DNA of 26,755 nt, taken from a virus (taxonomy: Duplodnaviria; Caudoviricetes). The stretch spans positions 1-26,755 of the IMG/VR virus record IMGVR_UViG_3300044642_000312; one strand, given 5' to 3'. The notes under the pieces were generated by a model. The model was not told the DNA's origin, searched no databases, and saw only the letters and a program-made list of their open reading frames with translations. Both the position numbers and the translations under genes were made by a program. Within the stretch, counting starts at the first letter, position 1. Each line of letters opens with the position of its first letter. Shown one piece after another: positions 1 to 6,951 of this stretch.

Positions 1-1
1 A

Positions 2-199
2 CACGCCTTACGCCTTAGCTTTCCAAAAGACCTAAAGGCTATGGAATACCTGCTTGATGACCTATACATCAACCACTACCCCCTAACTGATTATGATGAC
101 TGGCTAGACGCTACGGCTATGCCTGATGACTGCCCTGATGTCATAACAGATTTCCTACTATCACTACCAGAAAACAAACTAGAAATGGAGAACGCATAA
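2..199 (+). CDS. 5'-truncated acidic hypothetical protein ending ...KLEMENA
   Basis: Frame is open from base 2 to TAA 197-199 (HALRLSFPKDLKAMEYLLDD...PENKLEMENA*); TAATG overlap with next ORF; not in ORF track. Confidence 0.75.
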   Translation, partial: HALRLSFPKDLKAMEYLLDDLYINHYPLTDYDDWLDATAMPDDCPDVITDFLLSLPENKLEMENA

Positions 200-405
200 T
201 GGCATTACAGCACCACTTCGTTGTCGTTGTAGAGGACGGCAAGATGTTCATTGACTATGACACAACTGACCACAAGTTCTATGAGGGCTCGGTCTGGAAC
301 ACCGAGATTGAGGACTGGGAAGCAAACTATGAACACGCACAGGAATACACCAAAGCCCAAGAAGCACTATGGGACAAACTAAACCAAGAAATGGAGAACG
401 CATAA
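199..405 (+). CDS. Small acidic hypothetical protein (68 aa, ends MENA)
   Basis: GGAG SD, TAATG coupling at both ends. Confidence 0.85.
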   Translation: MALQHHFVVVVEDGKMFIDYDTTDHKFYEGSVWNTEIEDWEANYEHAQEYTKAQEALWDKLNQEMENA

Positions 406-605
406 TGGGTATCTACGAGTTTTGGTATGACGAAACTATTACCTACAAGGGCTGGTTTGAGGCTGAGAACGCTGAGAAAGCCCAAGAAATGCTTGATGAA
501 GTAGAGGCTGGCAATCTTAGCTTTGATGACCTGCCTGAGTTTGAGAACAAAGATAAGAACTACACCCTTGAAGTAGATAAACCAACAAGAATGGAGAACG
601 CATAA
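405..605 (+). CDS. Small acidic hypothetical protein (66 aa, ends MENA)
   Basis: Start moved from 369 to ATG 405 (GGAG SD plus TAATG coupling); FEAENAEKA motif. Confidence 0.85.
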   Translation: MGIYEFWYDETITYKGWFEAENAEKAQEMLDEVEAGNLSFDDLPEFENKDKNYTLEVDKPTRMENA

Positions 606-814
606 TGACAATCAGATACACAAATGTAGAGCTCCAATGGCATGACATGCCAGAACGCACTTTCACAGCCTTAGTTGGCATTGGTGAGTGGACAGAACTA
701 GAAGAAGATGAACGAGTGTTCTTCTACTTCACCAATGAAGAAGAGCTTGAATTAGCTAAGCGACCTGAGGGCATTGAGGATTTCCGCATACTAAGCGAGG
801 TTAGCTATGTTTGA
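605..814 (+). CDS. Small acidic hypothetical protein
   Basis: GGAG SD, TAATG coupling. Confidence 0.85.
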   Translation: MTIRYTNVELQWHDMPERTFTALVGIGEWTELEEDERVFFYFTNEEELELAKRPEGIEDFRILSEVSYV

Positions 815-1013
815 CATCGGATACCAGATAGCAGAACGACAGATACCGCAGGACAGGCTTAGTGCCTATGCCAAGGGCAGACGTGATGAACAGTATGCCT
901 TTGAGTCATTACTAAACGCTATGGTGCTTGACCGCACACTAGACATCTCAACAGGACACATGATTATGGGATACCTAATCAACATTGACAGACGACCAAA
1001 AGTGGAGGCATAA
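807..1013 (+). CDS. Hypothetical protein
   Basis: GAGG SD, 8-bp overlap with upstream ORF. Confidence 0.8.
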   Translation: MFDIGYQIAERQIPQDRLSAYAKGRRDEQYAFESLLNAMVLDRTLDISTGHMIMGYLINIDRRPKVEA

Positions 1014-1015
1014 CA

Positions 1016-1159
1016 ATGTGTAATTTAGATAACAGCAACACAGAGCTAGACAAAATAATGGAAGCCCTTGACCTGATAAGCATTGAGCTAAAAGTTTTAG
1101 CAGAGGTAGCACAGGACATCGAGCTGAGAGTAAACGCATTAGTAGGTGAAGATGACTGA
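1016..1159 (+). CDS. 47-aa coiled-coil-like hypothetical protein (MCNLDNSNTELDKIMEALDLISIELKVLAEVAQDIELRVNALVGEDD)
   Basis: Translated by hand; GGAGG SD upstream; fills the gap; below ORF-track cutoff. Confidence 0.75.
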   Translation: MCNLDNSNTELDKIMEALDLISIELKVLAEVAQDIELRVNALVGEDD

Positions 1160-1346
1160 GTTAGAAGTAAACATCGTCTTTGATAGCGGTGCTGAAATGA
1201 AATGTGGCATGACTGAGCTTGCTTGGCAAGTGTTCAAGAAAGACTTAGCTCAAACTCCGAGTGTCAGCCGAGTGGAAATCAGAAATGCTAACGGCGTTGT
1301 CTGGTCTGTGCTTTACAAGGAAGAGCTGGAGATGACTTTTGTATAG
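1152..1346 (+). CDS. Hypothetical protein
   Basis: AGGTG SD before ATG 1152 (ATGACTGA overlap); track start at GTG 1146 is the alternative. Confidence 0.7.
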   Translation: MTELEVNIVFDSGAEMKCGMTELAWQVFKKDLAQTPSVSRVEIRNANGVVWSVLYKEELEMTFV

Positions 1347-1683
1347 GCAGGACGCTATGTTCTATGTAAACACACCTAGCTTTGAGGTAGTTGCCAAGTA
1401 TGGTCGCTATGAAGTTGTTAGGAACGGCTACATGAGAATAAACAACATGACTACTGGTGATGTTTACCGATACACCAGTGATTTAGAGAAAGCTGGCTAC
1501 ACCGATGACACCTTGCTAGCTGAGGAGATTGACAATGGCGAATTAGAAGTCATTGACAGTCCTTGGTTTGAGGTTTGGGATAGCCAAGAACTTTCACCAG
1601 ATTCACCAGTATTTGACAACCACCGCCATGCTTGTAAAGAAGCGTGGGAATTAGCGAAACAGGAGATAGAAGCGTATGTATAG
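1339..1683 (+). CDS. Hypothetical protein
   Basis: TTG start with GGAG SD, 8-bp overlap, co-oriented chain. Confidence 0.75.
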   Translation: MYRQDAMFYVNTPSFEVVAKYGRYEVVRNGYMRINNMTTGDVYRYTSDLEKAGYTDDTLLAEEIDNGELEVIDSPWFEVWDSQELSPDSPVFDNHRHACKEAWELAKQEIEAYV

Positions 1684-1948
1684 AAAGACAGAATACGAAA
1701 TGAACAATGTTGATTTGTGGGTGAGCGAAGATGGCTCATACGGCTCAGGCGACATTGCTTTCTTTAGCACCGAAGATTGGACAGGCAGAGAGTTCAACGA
1801 ACTTGATGAAGCACCTGAGAGCGAGAAGCTTGAAACAGCTATGCGTATCCACAAACGCCTATCAAGGCGAATGACCCAAGAGAACCTGAATCGCATAGAT
1901 GTCAGAGTATTCATCATTGACAGCGATGGCGTAGAAGAAATCAAATAA
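1676..1948 (+). CDS. Hypothetical protein
   Basis: AGGAG SD, 8-bp overlap. Confidence 0.8.
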   Translation: MYRKTEYEMNNVDLWVSEDGSYGSGDIAFFSTEDWTGREFNELDEAPESEKLETAMRIHKRLSRRMTQENLNRIDVRVFIIDSDGVEEIK

Positions 1949-1976
1949 TAAAGGGGGCTGAGAAAACCCAGCCCCC
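1943..1976 (-). terminator. GC-rich hairpin GGGGGCTG-N8-CAGCCCCC with a U-tract only on the minus strand
   Basis: Arms 1953-1960 and 1969-1976; minus strand continues TTTATTATTT (1952-1943). Confidence 0.5.
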
Positions 1977-1997
1977 CTCACCGAAAGGAGAAACATA

Positions 1998-2270
1998 ATG
2001 AGTATGAGAACACATCATGAATACAGGGAACCACCCCTGCCGTATCAGAATAAACCTGCTTTGCCACTAAAGTATCCCGACACGCTAGGTTTGTATGCCT
2101 TTGGTCTGGCTTTCCTAGGCTCAGCTGGAGCCATGATGGCTGTGCTATTTAGCCCAATGGCACACCAATTTGTTGAGCAGGATAGGCTATTCCTAGCTGT
2201 GCTGACAACCTTTACCACATCAACCACATTCAACCTATTCGCTAACGAGATGAGAGAGATACTCAAATGA
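1998..2270 (+). CDS. Small membrane protein (about 2 hydrophobic segments)
   Basis: AAAGGAG SD; LGLYAFGLAFLGSAGAMMAVLF and LFLAVLTTFTT segments. Confidence 0.8.
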   Translation: MSMRTHHEYREPPLPYQNKPALPLKYPDTLGLYAFGLAFLGSAGAMMAVLFSPMAHQFVEQDRLFLAVLTTFTTSTTFNLFANEMREILK

Positions 2271-2551
2271 GCTACGAATACAAGCATGTGGACGAGATGA
2301 TGACCTTTGATGGTGTTGCTTGGACAGCCCAGATTTTTGACAATCACCAGAATCTAATCTGTGATGTCATGAACTACGGCACAGGGCTAGGCAATGTCTA
2401 CAAGTGGCACAGCGAGGAGGGCAAGGAAGCAATGATTGCTAACGCCCTACAGGACTTCCAAGGCAGTATGGAGCCCCTTGATGAGTTTGTCCATGCCTTA
2501 TGGGCTGGCGACTTTATGGGGCATCATGTGCCTGAAGATGACCTATTTTGA
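2267..2551 (+). CDS. Hypothetical protein
   Basis: ATGA overlap with upstream stop. Confidence 0.8.
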   Translation: MSYEYKHVDEMMTFDGVAWTAQIFDNHQNLICDVMNYGTGLGNVYKWHSEEGKEAMIANALQDFQGSMEPLDEFVHALWAGDFMGHHVPEDDLF

Positions 2552-2775
2552 AGCTTCCTAAGCACCTTACGGATAGCCTGACCTATAACAAGTGGCTCAA
2601 GGAAGGCACTAATGATTGGGTCAAAGATGGAATCCTACTAAGTATCTACCCCTCAAGTATGGGTCGTATGTATAAAGTAGAGTATGAAACAGCAACAAAG
2701 TCTGGCAATGATTTAGTACACATTGACAGGCTAACCAAAATAATCGAAGGAATGGAGAAACCAAATGTCAGATAA
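2548..2775 (+). CDS. Hypothetical protein
   Basis: TTGA overlap; co-oriented chain. Confidence 0.65.
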   Translation: MKLPKHLTDSLTYNKWLKEGTNDWVKDGILLSIYPSSMGRMYKVEYETATKSGNDLVHIDRLTKIIEGMEKPNVR

Positions 2776-3139
2776 GTATGAACAGCTTGTAGCAGATGCT
2801 AAAGCTAAGTTGATTACGGGAGCCCCGAAAGCAACTAAAGAGAACAAGAACGCTATTGAAGCAACAGACCCGATTCTCGCTAACGAATTGTTAGCAGAGC
2901 GACAGGGCATCGTTGATGAAATCAAGATGCTCACCTCTCGTAAGACTGCTATCGAGGACATCATCAAAGATGCCATCGGTGCTAAGGACGAGCTACACAT
3001 TCACGGTGCCAAGGTTGCGAGCATTGCTCGCTGGCGTGAAACAGCGGTGCAAACCGATGTCGTCAAAGAAACTTTCCCGCTTGTTGATTACCCAGAGCTT
3101 TACAAGCGTAGTAGCAAAACAAGGCTGACGATTCACTAA
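2765..3139 (+). CDS. Coiled-coil hypothetical protein
   Basis: GGAG SD; helical segment ELLAERQGIVDEIKMLTSRKTAIEDIIKDAIG. Confidence 0.8.
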   Translation: MSDKYEQLVADAKAKLITGAPKATKENKNAIEATDPILANELLAERQGIVDEIKMLTSRKTAIEDIIKDAIGAKDELHIHGAKVASIARWRETAVQTDVVKETFPLVDYPELYKRSSKTRLTIH

Positions 3140-3375
3140 TGCCAAGTGTTAGGGAGAGGTGTAGTTGTGGTGCTGAGATGGAAATAACCGACGCACCTCT
3201 TCCTAACGCACTCGCATCTGTCAAGTCATGGAGAAGCAATCATGTTTGTAATCCACCTGAGAAGGAGATACAAGCGATACATGGTAGCCCAGGAGACTTA
3301 GACAGAGCAATCGGATTTGCACCAAGCGAACACCCAGCAAAAGAATACGACCCATTTGATGACAGGAGAAACTAA
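3139..3375 (+). CDS. Small Cys/His protein (CSC...HVC)
   Basis: TAATG coupling at both ends. Confidence 0.75.
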   Translation: MPSVRERCSCGAEMEITDAPLPNALASVKSWRSNHVCNPPEKEIQAIHGSPGDLDRAIGFAPSEHPAKEYDPFDDRRN

Positions 3376-3587
3376 TGACCTATGTATGGATAAAGCAGAG
3401 CGAGGGCTCATTGCGGTATGTAGATGACATACACCTACCGCCTTGCAACACCTGCGGTGAGCGTGTAAGCACTTGCACCTGCAACGAACCAAAAGAAGAG
3501 AACGACATGTGTGCATCGTGCAATGGTCGCTGTGTCTGCGACTACGAGTATGACCGTATGCGTGAGAAGCAAAACGAGGGCGACTAA
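3375..3587 (+). CDS. Cys-rich putative metal-binding miniprotein
   Basis: AGGAG SD; two CxxC...CxC units. Confidence 0.75.
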   Translation: MTYVWIKQSEGSLRYVDDIHLPPCNTCGERVSTCTCNEPKEENDMCASCNGRCVCDYEYDRMREKQNEGD

Positions 3588-3682
3588 TGTTCAGATGCGA
3601 GATTTGCGATGCTTGGTATGACGACTCCGAGCGTGATGAAGAATTAGTAGCACCGACCTGCAAGGACTGTGGTGCTGTATGA
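3587..3682 (+). CDS. 31-aa zinc-ribbon peptide (MFRCEICDAWYDDSERDEELVAPTCKDCGAV)
   Basis: Translated by hand; GAGG SD, TAATG coupling, CxxC...CxxC; not in track. Confidence 0.65.
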   Translation: MFRCEICDAWYDDSERDEELVAPTCKDCGAV

Positions 3683-5210
3683 CGATGTGCTGTTTGACTA
3701 TCAAAAGCAAGCTTCCAAACGGATAGCTGAACAGCGACGCATTTTGCTGGCTGACCAGCCAGGATTGGGTAAGACACTAGAAGTATTGGGAGCATTGGAG
3801 CTTGCAGGATTACTTAGCAAGCCAAGCAACATACTTATCCTGACACCTATCATCAACGCTCAGACAACTTGGCGAGATAGCATCGAACGATTCGTGATGC
3901 CTCGCTACGAAGTAAACCTGATTGATGTGTCCAAGGGCACAGCACCTCAGAAGATAAAGGCTATGGGGCAGGTATCCGAGGGCGTAAACATTGTGCTTGC
4001 TAACCACAACGCAATCGATAGACCGAAGGAAGAGCTTAGAGTTTCTAACATTGTCGACATTGACTACGATGCTGTAATCATTGACGAGTCGCACATGGTA
4101 TTGCCAATCAAGAATCCAAGAAGCATGACTAACTTCTGGCGAGGATTGAAACGCATACCTTACAACGCTGATGCTATGCGTATCGCAATCTCAGGAACAC
4201 CTGACCGAGGCAAGCTTGAGAACAGATACGGCACATGGTTATTCCTTGACCCTTGGAAGACTGAAACAAGCAAGTGGGATTGGTTGGAGAAGAACTTCGT
4301 AATGTATGAGCAGAAGGTTGCTCGTCATCGCACAGTCAAGATGGTGGGTGCATTGCGTTCACGAACTACTTGGACTGAGAAGGACAAGCAGATGATGATT
4401 CGTCGCACCAAGCAAGAAGTATTGCCACAGCTTCCACCTAAGCGATACATCGATGTTGAGCTTGAGTTATCTAAGGCACAGAAGACTGCATACTTTGACA
4501 AGCAAGCAGAAACCAAGCGTGCAGTATTCGATGCCAAGGTAGAGGAGCGAGACAACTCCGAGGCTATGGTGTTCGCTATTCGTGCCCGCCAGCTAGCTAC
4601 CTGTAGTTGGGTGCCCGCTGATGACACAATGACACCGCTGATTGGTGGCGAGTCATCGAAGCTTGAGTGGTTGCTTGAGTGGCTAAGTGAGCGAGGCTTC
4701 ATCGAGCATGATGAGATGGCTGACAACCAAGCCAAGGTCGTAATCGTTTCACAGTTCTCGATGGTGTTGCACTGGCTTCACCAGGAGCTGGCTCTCCAAG
4801 GAATCAAGTCAGCAATCCTTGATGGTAGCGTGCCATCGGGTAAGCGTGATGAAATACAGCGAATGTTCCAAGACAAGGCATCACCTCTTCGCATAGTATT
4901 GCTATCAGGCTCCATGGGTGTCGGCATCACGCTCGACGCTGCAGACGATTTGATTATGTTGGATTCACCTTATGACCCCGACAGAGTTGAACAGATTGAG
5001 GACCGTGTTCATCGTGCATCGAACATGCACCATGTCACGATTTGGAATCTAATCGCCAAGGACACGATTGACCAAGCAATCGCTGAACGAGTATCAGAAC
5101 GCTACAAGATTACAAGAGCGATGATGGACGGCACCCGTGGAGTTGACTTTGCACGCAACATAATAAACCTAATAAGAAAGGATGAAGATGATAACGAAAA
5201 TCAAGTTTGA
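3669..5210 (+). CDS. SNF2-family (SF2) DNA helicase/translocase
   Basis: Motif I DQPGLGKT, motif II DESH, motif III SGTP, motif V GVGITL, motif VI QIEDRVHR. Confidence 0.92.
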   Translation: MVLYDDVLFDYQKQASKRIAEQRRILLADQPGLGKTLEVLGALELAGLLSKPSNILILTPIINAQTTWRDSIERFVMPRYEVNLIDVSKGTAPQKIKAMGQVSEGVNIVLANHNAIDRPKEELRVSNIVDIDYDAVIIDESHMVLPIKNPRSMTNFWRGLKRIPYNADAMRIAISGTPDRGKLENRYGTWLFLDPWKTETSKWDWLEKNFVMYEQKVARHRTVKMVGALRSRTTWTEKDKQMMIRRTKQEVLPQLPPKRYIDVELELSKAQKTAYFDKQAETKRAVFDAKVEERDNSEAMVFAIRARQLATCSWVPADDTMTPLIGGESSKLEWLLEWLSERGFIEHDEMADNQAKVVIVSQFSMVLHWLHQELALQGIKSAILDGSVPSGKRDEIQRMFQDKASPLRIVLLSGSMGVGITLDAADDLIMLDSPYDPDRVEQIEDRVHRASNMHHVTIWNLIAKDTIDQAIAERVSERYKITRAMMDGTRGVDFARNIINLIRKDEDDNENQV

Positions 5211-5430
5211 ACGGCTAGGAGCTAACACCAAGATACCGACGATTCAGTTTTACGGCGATAGCATCTTTGATGTTGTCAAAGTTATCGAGACCGAGGCAAC
5301 CAAGGAAGGCATCAATCTAGGGCTAATTGACTACCGTTGGGACCCTGCAGGCGATGGCAAGAACTACCTGCTCAGGCACGCCTCCAAGTCGGTTATTGGA
5401 GTATTTACCATCGAGAATGTCGGTGGGTAG
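5182..5430 (+). CDS. Hypothetical protein
   Basis: Overlaps helicase end; start may be ATG 5188. Confidence 0.7.
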   Translation: MKMITKIKFERLGANTKIPTIQFYGDSIFDVVKVIETEATKEGINLGLIDYRWDPAGDGKNYLLRHASKSVIGVFTIENVGG

Positions 5431-5433
5431 TAG

Positions 5434-5457
5434 TATAGTGATTTACCTAAGGAGACG
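5434..5457 (+). promoter_or_regulatory. Putative -10 (TATAGT) and extended RBS TAAGGAGACG
   Basis: TATAGT 5434-5439; TAAGGAGACG 5448-5457 before ATG 5460. Confidence 0.45.
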
Positions 5458-5459
5458 TA

Positions 5460-6200
5460 ATGCCAGTAAAGATTCTTGATGTAGCGCCAAGCGACTACAA
5501 TCCAAATGATAAGCAAGCCTATGATGCTGCACAGCAGTGGCTCAAACGCATACCAGAACTATTCATCACCGACAGAGCTAGACAAACCGTTATCGGTATC
5601 AGCGAGGTCGGTATGGATTGCCGTAAGTGTATAGCTCGTAAACTTGCTGAGAAACCTCGCACGCCAGATGGCTCATGGTTTCCTTTTATTGGCACTGCTG
5701 TCCATGAACAGCTTGAGCTTGGCTTTGCACGCTGGGCTGATGACTACAAACTCGAAGAGAGATTGTTTGTTCACGAATACAAGAACCTAAAACTTGCTGG
5801 CTCATGCGACATGTTTGCCTATAAAGCTGGTGTCGTCAACGATTGGAAGGTTGTTGGTGAGCGTGCTATTAAAGAAGCAACGCAGGGCAAGATAAAGAAC
5901 CAGTATCGTGTCCAGGCGATGCTCTACGGCCTCGGATGGAAAAAGAAAGGCTTCGATGTGACTCATGTCGCATTGTCCTTCTTACCGAGAGATAAAGATT
6001 TGCCAGAAGCCCAAGTAGTGATGCTTCGCTACGATGAAGAGCTGGCTATGAAAGCTCTAGCAGAGCTAGAGATAATGATTGATGCAGCTGAGCTAGTTGG
6101 CTGGGATGCAGTAATCGAGAAACAACCAAAAGCTTCCTTCTGCTGGGATTGCAAAAAGTATGAACAGCAGGATGAAGGCGATGTATCATCGCTAATCTAA
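5460..6200 (+). CDS. Cas4-like PD-(D/E)XK exonuclease (solo, phage-type)
   Basis: ISEVG..C, GTAVH, GSCD, DWK, QAMLY and C-terminal CWDC. Confidence 0.85.
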   Translation: MPVKILDVAPSDYNPNDKQAYDAAQQWLKRIPELFITDRARQTVIGISEVGMDCRKCIARKLAEKPRTPDGSWFPFIGTAVHEQLELGFARWADDYKLEERLFVHEYKNLKLAGSCDMFAYKAGVVNDWKVVGERAIKEATQGKIKNQYRVQAMLYGLGWKKKGFDVTHVALSFLPRDKDLPEAQVVMLRYDEELAMKALAELEIMIDAAELVGWDAVIEKQPKASFCWDCKKYEQQDEGDVSSLI

Positions 6201-6235
6201 TAAACACTAAAAACAAGATAAGGTAAATAAATCAC

Positions 6236-6877
6236 ATGGTTGAATACAATGAGGCACTACCAGACCCAAACTCCCTATTGGGAACAAAGTCTGTTCCTTC
6301 ACTATCCTTCAAGGATGTTGAAGTAGGCACCCGCTTTGAGGGTACTATCACCGACCTGAGAACTGTTCAGGTTAGAAACTATGACGACCCAAACAAACTA
6401 GAGTTTTGGGACGACGGCAAGCCAAAGCTTCAGATTGAAGTGACGATTGCTACCGACTACAACGACCCATCACTAGACGAAGATGACGGCACTCGCCGTG
6501 TCTATCTATTTGGTCAGAAACTTCAGGCTGCAAAGGCTGAGATGAAAGCCAAGGGTATCGACAAGCTGGAGAAGGGATTCAAGTTCGCTATTGAGTTCAC
6601 TGGCACCAAGCCATCCAGCAACAAGCGCTACAACGACGTAAAGCTGTACGCTATTGAGGTCACCCCCTCAAAATCAAACCCTGATGTAGACGCATTGCTA
6701 GGTGACATGGGCGCTAAGCCTGTCGCATCGGCAGGTAAAGCATCTGGTGCTAAACTATCTGCAGCACAGGTAGAGAAGGCCCAGAAGCTAGCATCAGCTG
6801 GTTTTGTGGCTAGCGAGATTGCTGAGACAATGGGAGTCTCTGAAGACTCCGTAGCCTCAGTGCTCGATACCTTCTAG
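6236..6877 (+). CDS. Putative ssDNA-binding protein with C-terminal helix-turn-helix
   Basis: Lies between exonuclease and primase; beta-rich N-domain (WDDGKPKLQ, DDGTRRVYL) resembles actinophage SSB-like proteins; C-terminal GFVASEIAETMGVSEDSV fits an HTH. Confidence 0.65.
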   Translation: MVEYNEALPDPNSLLGTKSVPSLSFKDVEVGTRFEGTITDLRTVQVRNYDDPNKLEFWDDGKPKLQIEVTIATDYNDPSLDEDDGTRRVYLFGQKLQAAKAEMKAKGIDKLEKGFKFAIEFTGTKPSSNKRYNDVKLYAIEVTPSKSNPDVDALLGDMGAKPVASAGKASGAKLSAAQVEKAQKLASAGFVASEIAETMGVSEDSVASVLDTF

Positions 6878-6890
6878 GTCCACCCCCACA

Positions 6891-6928
6891 GGGAGCCCAG
6901 TGTTATGAACGGATAATACTGGGCTCCC
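6891..6928 (+). other. 16-bp-stem hairpin GGGAGCCCAGTGTTAT-gaacgg-ATAATACTGGGCTCCC
   Basis: Inverted repeat with one G:T pair; no U-tract. Confidence 0.8.
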
Positions 6929-6951
6929 ACCAATCTTTACGAAAGGATGAC

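Larger units (their letters stand above)
184..607 (+). repeat. Three exact copies of 18-bp junction repeat AATGGAGAACGCATAATG (184-201, 390-407, 590-607)
   Basis: Read directly; copies 1 and 2 extend to 22 bp (AGAAATGGAGAACGCATAATGG). Each copy holds a GGAG SD, the upstream stop and the downstream start. Confidence 0.95.

Noticed and set aside
369-404. ORF-track starts at 369, 11275 and 16313(-)
   Set aside because: Better-supported starts exist at 405 (SD plus TAATG), 11260 (AAGGAG) and 16283 (leaderless -10).
184-607. CRISPR array reading of the 18-bp repeats, paired with the Cas4-like gene
   Set aside because: The intervening ~185-bp segments are complete ORFs, the repeat is short and non-palindromic, and solo Cas4-like nucleases are common phage recombination genes.
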